From NCBI GenBank assembly GCA_012735135.1, contig JAAYHY010000008.1:345-64344 (forward strand): DNA of 64,000 nucleotides, read 5' to 3'. Source of the stretch: Bacillota bacterium. Lineage in GTDB: Bacteria; Bacillota; UBA4882; UBA10575. Positions 19,708 to 28,047 of the stretch are shown here, piece after piece. Below the pieces are notes generated by a model that saw only the letters and a program-made list of their open reading frames with translations, was not told the origin of the DNA and ran no database searches. The translations under genes were made by a program, and so were the position numbers. Each line of letters opens with the position of its first letter. The first letter of the stretch is position 1.

Positions 19708-21240
19708 GTGAAGATTCTTTTGGTTTATCCCCGCTTTCCCGAGACCTTTTGGAGTTTCAAACATGCGCTCCGGTTTATCAATAAAAAGGCGGCCCATCCG
19801 CCCTTAGGCCTCCTGACCGTGGCCGGTTTATTGCCACCGGACTGGGAACTGAAACTGGTGGATGAGAATGTGACTCCGCTCCGCGATGCCGACCTGGTCT
19901 GGGCCGATTATGTTTTGATCAGCGCCATGGCAGTCCAAAAAGAAGGAGTGCGGGAGCTCATTGGCCGGTGCCAAAGTTTAGGGAAGAAGATGGTGGCGGG
20001 CGGCCCCCTCTTTACGGTGAGTTGGGAGGATTATCCCGAAATTGACCACTTGGTCTTGGGGGAGGCTGAAATTACCCTGCCCCGTTTCCTTGCCGACCTG
20101 GCGGCTGGATGTCCCCGGCGCCTGTACATTCCCGGCCCGGAAGAATGGGCGGATTTGAGTAAAACGCCCGTCCCCCGGTGGGATCTTTTGGCGATGAAAG
20201 AATATAACGCCATGAGCCTGCAGTATTCACGGGGGTGCCCCTTTGACTGCGAGTTCTGCGATATAACCCTCCTTTACGGGCGGAGCCCCCGGACCAAAAG
20301 GAAGGAACAGGTCCTTGCGGAATTGGAAAGTTTGTACCAGCACGGTTGGCGCGGCGGTGTCTTTATCGTGGATGATAACTTTATCGGGAATAAAAAAGCG
20401 CTTAAGGAAGAGATTCTGCCGGCGATGGCGACCTGGCTTGCCGAACGGCGGTATCCTTTTACCTTCAACACCCAGGTCTCCATTAACCTGGCCGATGATG
20501 ATGAATTGTTAACGGCCATGGTCAAGGTGGGGTTTGAATCGGTCTTCATCGGTATTGAGACGCCCCATGAAGGTAGCCTGACCGAATGCGGTAAACTGCA
20601 GAATAAAAACCGGGATCTCCTGGCGGCGGTGAAAAAGATCCAACGCCATGGCCTACAGGTCCAGGGGGGGTTTATCCTGGGATTTGACAGTGATCCGCCG
20701 ACCATCTTTGAACGGCAGATCGACTTTATCCAGCAGAGCGGGATCGTCACCGCCATGGTCGGGTTGTTAAATGTGTTGAAGGGGACCAAATTGTACCAGC
20801 GGATGCAGGGGGAGGGACGGATTTTAGCCGAAAGCGATGGCGACAATACCGGCCAACAGGTTAATTTCCTTCCGAAAATGCCCTGGGAGAAGCTGTTGGC
20901 CGGCTATAAAAAAGTAACGACCACCCTTTATACCCCGCAATACTTTTACCAAAGGGTGATCGCTTTTCTGAAGGAGTATAATCCGCCGCCGGGACGGAAG
21001 ATCCAAGCCCGTCTCTATCATGGGCTCGCCTTTGTCAAGGCCCTCTTCTGGCTTGGAGTTTGGGATAAAGACCGTTGGTATTTCTGGCGTTTACTCGGCT
21101 GGTCTTTATTGAGGAAGCCGCGGGTCTTCCCTTTGGCCGTCACTTATACCATCTATGGTTATCATTTTCGCCGGTTCTTCCTGGAACAGACCCAACCGGC
21201 GCCGGCGCCGTTAAGGTCGCCGGATCCGTCGACCATATAG
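19708..21240 (+). CDS. B12-binding-domain radical SAM protein with a DUF4070-like C-terminus
   Basis: N-terminal cobalamin-binding-like domain (KILLVYP......HPPLGLL.VAGLLP), a CxxxCxxC cluster motif (GCPFDCEFCD), and a conserved C-terminal tail. GTG 19708 has a GGAGGG SD. Confidence 0.85.
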   Translation: MKILLVYPRFPETFWSFKHALRFINKKAAHPPLGLLTVAGLLPPDWELKLVDENVTPLRDADLVWADYVLISAMAVQKEGVRELIGRCQSLGKKMVAGGPLFTVSWEDYPEIDHLVLGEAEITLPRFLADLAAGCPRRLYIPGPEEWADLSKTPVPRWDLLAMKEYNAMSLQYSRGCPFDCEFCDITLLYGRSPRTKRKEQVLAELESLYQHGWRGGVFIVDDNFIGNKKALKEEILPAMATWLAERRYPFTFNTQVSINLADDDELLTAMVKVGFESVFIGIETPHEGSLTECGKLQNKNRDLLAAVKKIQRHGLQVQGGFILGFDSDPPTIFERQIDFIQQSGIVTAMVGLLNVLKGTKLYQRMQGEGRILAESDGDNTGQQVNFLPKMPWEKLLAGYKKVTTTLYTPQYFYQRVIAFLKEYNPPPGRKIQARLYHGLAFVKALFWLGVWDKDRWYFWRLLGWSLLRKPRVFPLAVTYTIYGYHFRRFFLEQTQPAPAPLRSPDPSTI

Positions 21241-21844
21241 ACTGGGCTTACCATCGGGTTCCGCCGATCAAGCGCGGTTATCTTCCCGGTTTGCTTTTTG
21301 GTTTGCTCCGGCCGCCAAGGGTAAAACCCGGCGGGAGGTTCACCCCGTGTTTGTTGCTCAAGCTAAAGTCAGTGTTTTGGGCAGCCTCCAGGATCGGGAC
21401 CAAGAATCTATCCACCGATCACCGGGGCTTTTTGGCCATAGTTGGCTGCCCGCGCCCCACTTTTTCCAGAGCCCTCTAGCCAAAGGCGTAGTTTTCCCCC
21501 TTGAAACTATGGAGCAGCCGGGCTGCCTGTTCATTAAAAACATCCGGTTTCCCCCCTCATTTTGGCATCGAACGGTGCTTTTTCTAGTTTCACGATCGGT
21601 TCGGAAAAAATCTTTGTCAGGCCCGTTACGGGGTTATCCCTAAAGCAATCAGCGATTCACTATGCGGATGATGGGTTTTCCGGCAAGGGGAGAGGATTTA
21701 GCGGCAGGATGAAGAAATATTCTATCCGGTATTATAATTGCCCTCCGGGCAAATGCTGGTCAAGATAATTATTCAGACAAGCGACGAGGATCGGACAACC
21801 AGAGTATTTTCTTAATAGACCGCGGGAAAGAAGGGGACCGGCCG

Positions 21845-22420
21845 ATGAAAAGGTGTTCCTGGTGTGAAAAGGATGAAATCTATCGCCGCTACCATGATGA
21901 GGAATGGGGGGTTCCGGTTTATGATGACCGGCGACATTTTGAATTTATGATCCTCGAAGCGGCCCAAGCCGGTTTAAGTTGGTTAACCATTTTAAGGAAG
22001 AGGGAAGGATACCGGGAAGCTTATGCCGGTTTTCGCCCGGAAGTGGTGGCCAGTTTTGGCGAAGCCCACATTAAGAAGTTGATGCAGCATCCTGCTCTTA
22101 TTCGCAATGAACGGAAAATAAGGGCTTCGGTTAATAATGCCCAACGTTTCCTGGCGATCCAAGAGGCCTTTGGGAGCTTCAGTGCCTACCTCTGGCAATT
22201 TGTCGACGGGCGTCCGGTGGTCAATTGCTGGCGGCAGGAGGGGGAAATTCCGGCCCAAACGCCCCTTTCGGAAAGGATTAGTCAAGATTTAAAGCAGCGG
22301 GGTTTTCAGTTTGTTGGCCCGGTCATCGTCTACTCCCATTTACAAGCAACCGGACTGGTTAATGACCACATTGTTGATTGTTTCCGCTACCGGAAGTTGG
22401 AAAATATTGCCCGGAAATGA
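21845..22420 (+). CDS. tag: DNA-3-methyladenine glycosylase I
   Basis: RC.W......Y..YHD.EWG.P..DD...FE...LE..QAGLSW..IL.KR and the C-terminal H...C zinc motif. 191 aa. Confidence 0.92.
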   Translation: MKRCSWCEKDEIYRRYHDEEWGVPVYDDRRHFEFMILEAAQAGLSWLTILRKREGYREAYAGFRPEVVASFGEAHIKKLMQHPALIRNERKIRASVNNAQRFLAIQEAFGSFSAYLWQFVDGRPVVNCWRQEGEIPAQTPLSERISQDLKQRGFQFVGPVIVYSHLQATGLVNDHIVDCFRYRKLENIARK

Positions 22421-22451
22421 GTTGCGGCGGATCGCCCTGGGAATATCCGAC

Positions 22452-22519
22452 GAATTGGTGTTAACACGGATCCGACCCGGGAACGTCCCGATCGGAATTG
22501 GTCTTAACACCAGATCCGA
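22452..22519 (+). repeat. Tandem direct repeat (two units about 24 nt long, 43-bp period) with a palindromic core, between tag and the 860-aa gene
   Basis: GAATTGGTGTTAACACGGATCCGA (22452-75) and GAATTGGTCTTAACACCAGATCCGA (22495-519). The first unit contains the perfect 10-bp palindrome GTGTTAACAC. Confidence 0.6.
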
Positions 22520-22560
22520 TGGACCCAGGCTCGCCCAAGGATATTTAAGGAGGAAGAGAA

Positions 22561-25143
22561 GTGGGCAAAAAGCTATGGATGGTCCTGATCTTTACCATTG
22601 GTCTCGCTTTACCGACTTTGGCAGCAGGACCCGGTGACTGGCGCATGCTGGAGACAGACCATTTTTATCTGTATTATCCAGTGGGGAAAGAAGCAGCTCT
22701 CCATCGGATCGCCCCGTTGGCGGAAGATATCCACCAGCGTTTGACCGAGGTTTTTCCGAAAAAAAATCCTTATAAAACCCATGTTGTCCTCCGGGACGAA
22801 ACCGATCTCAGTAACGGCTTGGCTAGCCCCTTTCCCTACCCTAGGATCTTTTTGGACTTGGCGACTCCCGTGGATGATTTAGCCCTGGGTTTGGGAGAGA
22901 TGGAATGGTTGGAGATGGTCTTTACCCATGAATACGCCCATATTCTCCAACTGGGGGCGGGGGATGGCGTGGCGGAGAGTTTACGCCGGATCTTTGGCAG
23001 TATAATCCTGCCGTCGGCTTTCCCGCCCCCGTGGGCCCATGAGGGCTGGGCGGTCTATGCGGAAAGTAATTACGGACCGGCCTCCGGTGGAAGGCTGAAG
23101 GACGCTTCTTTTCGGCGGGAGCCCGGGGTCGACTGGGCAGAGTTGAATTTAAAAAGACTGGACCAAGTCTCCAATCCCATGTTGACTTGGCCCGGCAACC
23201 GGGCGTGGTATACCTACGGCGCCCTTTTTCACGAGTATCTAGCTATAGAATACGGTGAAGATAAGTTAGTCACCTTTTATCAACGGCTGGCCGGGAATCC
23301 TCCTTTCCTCCGTTTTGAAGGAGTCTTCCGGGAAGTTTTTGGCTTATCGCTTTCCGAAGCCTACCAGGCATGGCAGCGCCAACTGCCGGCGCAGGCCGGA
23401 ATCGCGTCCTCTCCTCCGGGCCGGCAACTCTCAACCACGGGGGCGGTGGCGGCCTTTCCCTACTGGGACGAAGAAGGCAACCTGTATTATGTGGAAGATA
23501 ATTACAGCCGCCCCGACCGCTTAATGAAGGGAAAGGAAGGACGGTTTACCGCGGTGACCGGTTGGGATGGGAAAGCCGGTTATCTAATTTTACCCGGTGG
23601 CGACCTGATTTACGCCCAATTGCGCTGGGAAGGGGAACTCCTTAGCTATGACCTTTACCGGACTAATGAACGCGGACAAAAGGAGCAACGACTGACGAAA
23701 GGGGAAAGGGCAACCCAGCCCACCGCGGCGCCGGATGGGAGGCGGATTGCTTTTACAGCACATGATCCTCCCTTCCGCCACATTAAAGGTTTAGACCTGC
23801 AAACCGGGGAACTGACCTTTTTGTTAAAGGGCAACGAGGAAGAATCCTTTTCGGCGCCAGCTTGGTCGCCCGACGGCCGGACGTTGGCCGTCGTGGTCGA
23901 GCGCCGGGGCTTTGGCCGTCGGATTGAATTGTTGGACCTTACTACGAAAGAACGGCAACCCCTGACCGGTCGGTGGTGGGCGGAAGCCGAACCGGCCTGG
24001 GATCCTAACGGCCATTACCTTCTGTTTACGGCGGAAGAGAATGGCCACCGGAACCTTTATGCTTTTAACCGGCAAACAGCCGAGATCCGTTTATTAATCC
24101 GGGATGGAGGGCCGGGCGTTGTTTCACCCGATGGCCAAAGCCTGGTCTTTCTTGGGTATACTTCCGGTGGCTTCCACCTTTTCCAGACGGCCTTTTACCC
24201 GTGGGCCGGAGATACCGTCCCGTTACCGGCGGAGAGGTCGACGCCGGCAGCCGCTGTCCAGCCGCCCTTACCGCCGGTAGAGGTGAAAGCTTCCTCTTAT
24301 CGGTTCTTACCCAGCCTCAAACCGCATTTTTGGATTCCGCTTCCCTTTGCCAACGATGAGCAAGGCTTTGGTCTGGGGGTGTATACCGCCGGCCAGGATA
24401 TCCTCGGCTTTTTCCGTTATAACCTCTTTTGCGGGGTGAATACCAGTGGGGACTTAAGTTATGATTTGGCGGCGATCTATACCGTCGGCCGGTCGGATCT
24501 GACCCTGACGGTTAACCCTGGGATCGGGTACGGGGTGGAAGCCAGCCGGTACTGGCGGAGTTTACTGGTGGCTAATGACGCCCTGCTATTAGGGGCCGGT
24601 TGGACAAAGGCCGATGGTTGGTCCACCGGACTTACCTATACCACGGCGCGGACATACGGACTGAACCCCGAACCAAGTACGGGGTTGGGCATCGGATTGT
24701 CCCTTGCCCAGTTTGGCGCCGGCCAGGCTCTGGAGGCAACAGTAGCCCATTATACGCCGCTAGGGGACGGGCGCGTCAAAGGGGAAATGCAAGGGGTGGT
24801 CACCCGTGGCCAAGAGGCCCGATTCGACCTGGCCGGTTACGCCCACCAACCCGCTGGGACTTGGTTGGTCCGTACTAGCTTGGGGGTAAAAGGGCCCTTG
24901 GTCCGCTTCGAACGGGGGTACCTCACGCCCCCCGTCTATCTCCTGGACTGTTGGGGTGGCCTTCGGGCGATCATCACGAAAGCGGAAGGGGCGGCTGCCT
25001 GGTGGCCGGTGTTGGAAGCAGAACTTAACTTCCGGACGGTCTTAGGTTTTGTTGAGACTCCGTATAACCTAGTTTTCACGGTGGCCGAAGGACTGGCCGA
25101 CGGCCGGCGGGAATTCTCCTTTACGGCCGGGTTGCCTTTATAA
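22561..25143 (+). CDS. Secreted multidomain protein: peptidase-MA-like zinc metalloprotease, TolB/PD40-like beta-propeller, and a C-terminal beta-rich (possibly barrel) domain
   Basis: Signal peptide (..LALPTLAAGP), HEYAH (22927-41) with downstream EGWAVYAE (gluzincin), and repeated PDG(R/Q)..AF/VF propeller motifs. The last ~285 aa show alternating hydrophobic/Gly-rich strands. GTG start with an AAGGAGGAAG SD. Confidence 0.8.
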   Translation: MGKKLWMVLIFTIGLALPTLAAGPGDWRMLETDHFYLYYPVGKEAALHRIAPLAEDIHQRLTEVFPKKNPYKTHVVLRDETDLSNGLASPFPYPRIFLDLATPVDDLALGLGEMEWLEMVFTHEYAHILQLGAGDGVAESLRRIFGSIILPSAFPPPWAHEGWAVYAESNYGPASGGRLKDASFRREPGVDWAELNLKRLDQVSNPMLTWPGNRAWYTYGALFHEYLAIEYGEDKLVTFYQRLAGNPPFLRFEGVFREVFGLSLSEAYQAWQRQLPAQAGIASSPPGRQLSTTGAVAAFPYWDEEGNLYYVEDNYSRPDRLMKGKEGRFTAVTGWDGKAGYLILPGGDLIYAQLRWEGELLSYDLYRTNERGQKEQRLTKGERATQPTAAPDGRRIAFTAHDPPFRHIKGLDLQTGELTFLLKGNEEESFSAPAWSPDGRTLAVVVERRGFGRRIELLDLTTKERQPLTGRWWAEAEPAWDPNGHYLLFTAEENGHRNLYAFNRQTAEIRLLIRDGGPGVVSPDGQSLVFLGYTSGGFHLFQTAFYPWAGDTVPLPAERSTPAAAVQPPLPPVEVKASSYRFLPSLKPHFWIPLPFANDEQGFGLGVYTAGQDILGFFRYNLFCGVNTSGDLSYDLAAIYTVGRSDLTLTVNPGIGYGVEASRYWRSLLVANDALLLGAGWTKADGWSTGLTYTTARTYGLNPEPSTGLGIGLSLAQFGAGQALEATVAHYTPLGDGRVKGEMQGVVTRGQEARFDLAGYAHQPAGTWLVRTSLGVKGPLVRFERGYLTPPVYLLDCWGGLRAIITKAEGAAAWWPVLEAELNFRTVLGFVETPYNLVFTVAEGLADGRREFSFTAGLPL

Positions 25144-25204
25144 AAGAACTAGAGAATTGCCGAACAGCAATTGAACCGCTCTATTTTTTAAGGAAGGGAT
25201 TAGT

Positions 25205-26527
25205 TTGCGCGCTGAAATTATCTCCGTGGGTACCGAGTTATTATTGGGTGAGATTGTCGATACTAATGCCGCCTTTCTCTCACAGGAACTGGCGGCTTTA
25301 GGGATTGAACTGTACCACCGAACGACGGTGGGTGACAATGAGCAAAGGCTAAGGCAAGCCCTAGTTGAAGCTTTGTCCCGGGTGGATTTGGTGATCACCA
25401 GCGGTGGTTTGGGGCCAACGGCCGATGACTTAACTAAAGAAGTAGTGGCGGCGGTCCTGGATTTGCCTTTGGTTTTACACCGGCCTTCTCTCCAATGGAT
25501 TGAAGAGTATTTTGCCAGGATGGGCCGGAAGATGACGGCGAGCAACCGGAAACAGGCATTGATTCCCGAAGGGGGGGTGGCCCTCCCCAATCCGAACGGT
25601 ACTGCGCCCGGCGTTTTTGTCCGCAAGGGGGAGCAAATTGTGGTTTGTTTACCCGGTCCGCCCGGGGAATTGATGCCGATGTTCCGGTCTTATGTCCGTC
25701 CGGAATTGCAAAAGGAGAGCCGGGGGGTAATCCGTTCGCGGGTGTTGCGCCTTTGCGGGGTGGGCGAAAGTGAGTTGGTGGAAAGGATCGGTGATTTCCT
25801 GGCCGGCCAGACTAATCCCACCTTGGCGCCACTGGCTTCCGAGGGGGAGGTCAGGCTCAGGATTACCGCCCGGGCCCAAACGGATGCTGAGGCAGAAGCG
25901 CTCAATGGCGAACTTGAGGCCAAGTTGCGCGCCCGATTAGGGTTGCTGATCTACGGGACCGATGAGGACACCCTCGAATCGGTGGTGGTGAAACTCCTTA
26001 AGCGGCGCGGAGAAACCCTGGCGGTAGCCGAATCGTGCACCGGAGGGCTTTTGGCCGACCGGATTACGGATGTTCCCGGTGCTTCGACGGTCTTCGACCG
26101 GGGGGTGGTCACCTATAGTAACCGGGCCAAGATGGAATTGCTTCAGGTACCGGCGGACGTAATCGAAGCAAAGGGCGCGGTCAGTCCGGAAGTAGCCCGT
26201 TTTATGGCGGAAGGGGTGCGGAGGGTGGCCGGGACCGACTGGGGGATCGGAATCACGGGGATCGCCGGTCCCGGTGGTGGCAGCCGGGAAAAACCAGTGG
26301 GCCTCGTCTATTTTGCCCTGGCCGGACCAGGGGTCAGCCTGGTCCGGGAAGAACACTGGTCCGGTGACCGCCGGAAGATTAAACGCCGTACTACCCAGGC
26401 GGTCTTGGATCTTCTGCGGCGGACCCTCCTGACCGACCAGGAGTGCCCGGCCCGTCGGCGATTGGCCTTTTCTTTACCCCCTGTCTTTTTAGCCGGGGGG
26501 TTCTTCATTTGGGAAAAAAAACTGTAA
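25205..26527 (+). CDS. cinA: Competence/damage-inducible protein CinA (MoCF-binding domain plus NMN deamidase PncC domain)
   Basis: AEIISVGTELLLG.I.DTN, TSGGLGPT.DD.T and ESCTGG motifs. TTG start with a GGAAGGGA SD. Confidence 0.9.
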   Translation: MRAEIISVGTELLLGEIVDTNAAFLSQELAALGIELYHRTTVGDNEQRLRQALVEALSRVDLVITSGGLGPTADDLTKEVVAAVLDLPLVLHRPSLQWIEEYFARMGRKMTASNRKQALIPEGGVALPNPNGTAPGVFVRKGEQIVVCLPGPPGELMPMFRSYVRPELQKESRGVIRSRVLRLCGVGESELVERIGDFLAGQTNPTLAPLASEGEVRLRITARAQTDAEAEALNGELEAKLRARLGLLIYGTDEDTLESVVVKLLKRRGETLAVAESCTGGLLADRITDVPGASTVFDRGVVTYSNRAKMELLQVPADVIEAKGAVSPEVARFMAEGVRRVAGTDWGIGITGIAGPGGGSREKPVGLVYFALAGPGVSLVREEHWSGDRRKIKRRTTQAVLDLLRRTLLTDQECPARRRLAFSLPPVFLAGGFFIWEKKL

Positions 26528-26684
26528 AAAAGGAAGGCTTAGTGTTATTATATACAAAGGAATTGCCTGACGAATTGAAACTCATATTTAGATCCTGATA
26601 ATATATTATATAGTGTCTAACTATGCTTCGAACAATGGCCGCAAGGCGATTCCTTTAGTCAGATCAAACTGGAGAGTGAAAACC

Positions 26685-27872
26685 ATGAGAACAGTGGGCG
26701 TACAAGTACGCGGCATTCGGGCGCCGATTGTCAAAGAAGGCGACGATTTGGTGCAGATTGTGATTGATGCGCTTTGGCAAGCGATGGGGGCCGAAGGGTT
26801 TAAGCTCAATGATGGGGATGTCATCGGTATTACCGAGTCTTTAGTGGCGCGGGCGCAAGGGAATTATGTAACTTTACCGCTGGTAACGGCGGATCTAAAT
26901 GAGAAGTTTGGCGCCGATGATCTGGGCGTGGTCTTTCCGATTTTGAGCCGTAACCGCTTTTCCTTGATTTTAAAAGCCATCGCCAACGGTTTTTCCCGCG
27001 TTTATCTCCAGCTTAGTTATCCTGCGGATGAGGTGGGCAATCCTTTAATGGACCTGGACCGGATGGAGGAGGCCGGAGTTAATCCTTATACCGATCTCCT
27101 GACCGAAGAGGATTACCGGCGGATCTTCGGACCGGAGGTAAAACATCCCTTTACCGGTACGGATTATGTCCGCTTCTATAAAGAAATGGGGGTAAAAGAT
27201 AATATAACAGTAATCTTCTCCAATAACCCCCGGGATATTCTGAAGTTTTCCAAAAAGGCGCTGGTGGCGAATGTTCACGCCCGGGCCCGGACGAAAAAAT
27301 GCTTACGGGAGGCCGGAGCGGAGCTCGTCTACGGGTTGGATGATCTCTGTACAAAGCCGGTAAACGGGAGCGGCTATAATCCCCAGTATGGTTTGTTAGG
27401 TTCCAATCTGGCCACCGGGCATAAACTGAAACTTTTTCCCCGTGACGGGCAGACCTACGTTGATACGATCCAACGGATCATTCAAGAACGGACCGGGAAA
27501 AAGGTGGAGGTTTTCATCTATGGGGATGGCGCCTTTAAAGATCCGGTCGGTCATATTTGGGAACTGGCCGATCCGGTGGTTTCGCCTGCTTTTACGCCGG
27601 GCCTGGCTGGAGTCCCCAATGAAGTGAAGATTAAATATCTGGCCGATCATCTCCTGGAGCAGGAGGGGGAAGCAGCGATGGAGGAAGGGGTTAAAGCTTT
27701 GATCCGGCAAAAACAACCGGACCTGATCGGGGAGGAATCCTCTTTAGGAACGACTCCGCGCCGCCTTACCGATCTCTTGGGGAGCCTTTGTGATCTGACC
27801 AGTGGCAGCGGTGACAAAGGAACGCCGATCGTCTTGGTCCAAGGTTACTTTGATAATTACACCACTGAGTAG
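26685..27872 (+). CDS. CofE-like (F420-0:gamma-glutamyl ligase family) protein of unknown role
   Basis: The N-terminus (P.V.EGDDL...I.........L.DGDV..ITESLVA.AQG) and the mid-region (NPQYGLLGSNLA) resemble the PF01996-type fold. I used ATG 26685 rather than the track start at 26613. Confidence 0.7.
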   Translation: MRTVGVQVRGIRAPIVKEGDDLVQIVIDALWQAMGAEGFKLNDGDVIGITESLVARAQGNYVTLPLVTADLNEKFGADDLGVVFPILSRNRFSLILKAIANGFSRVYLQLSYPADEVGNPLMDLDRMEEAGVNPYTDLLTEEDYRRIFGPEVKHPFTGTDYVRFYKEMGVKDNITVIFSNNPRDILKFSKKALVANVHARARTKKCLREAGAELVYGLDDLCTKPVNGSGYNPQYGLLGSNLATGHKLKLFPRDGQTYVDTIQRIIQERTGKKVEVFIYGDGAFKDPVGHIWELADPVVSPAFTPGLAGVPNEVKIKYLADHLLEQEGEAAMEEGVKALIRQKQPDLIGEESSLGTTPRRLTDLLGSLCDLTSGSGDKGTPIVLVQGYFDNYTTE

Positions 27873-28047
27873 TATTTTTTATCTTTCCGGCATGACGCGT
27901 CCGCGGGCGGTAACCGGCGGGCGCGACTGCCAATTAAACCGGATTGCCATAATAATAGTTGCATTATCCAGATCTTTTAGTATAATAATCTATTAAATAC
28001 AATTACGTCTTACGGTGGAAAAGAAGTTTTGTAAATGGGGGATTGAC

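Noticed and set aside
21709-21768. A 19-aa ORF, MKKYSIRYYNCPPGKCWSR, with a CPPGKC pair about 470 nt downstream of the radical SAM gene. I considered it as a possible RiPP precursor.
   Set aside because: It has no proper SD spacing (AGG abuts the ATG), and it is far from the rSAM gene and separated from it by the eroded region. The sequence overlaps a TATTATAAT string that is more simply the tag promoter -10. There is no leader-like region.
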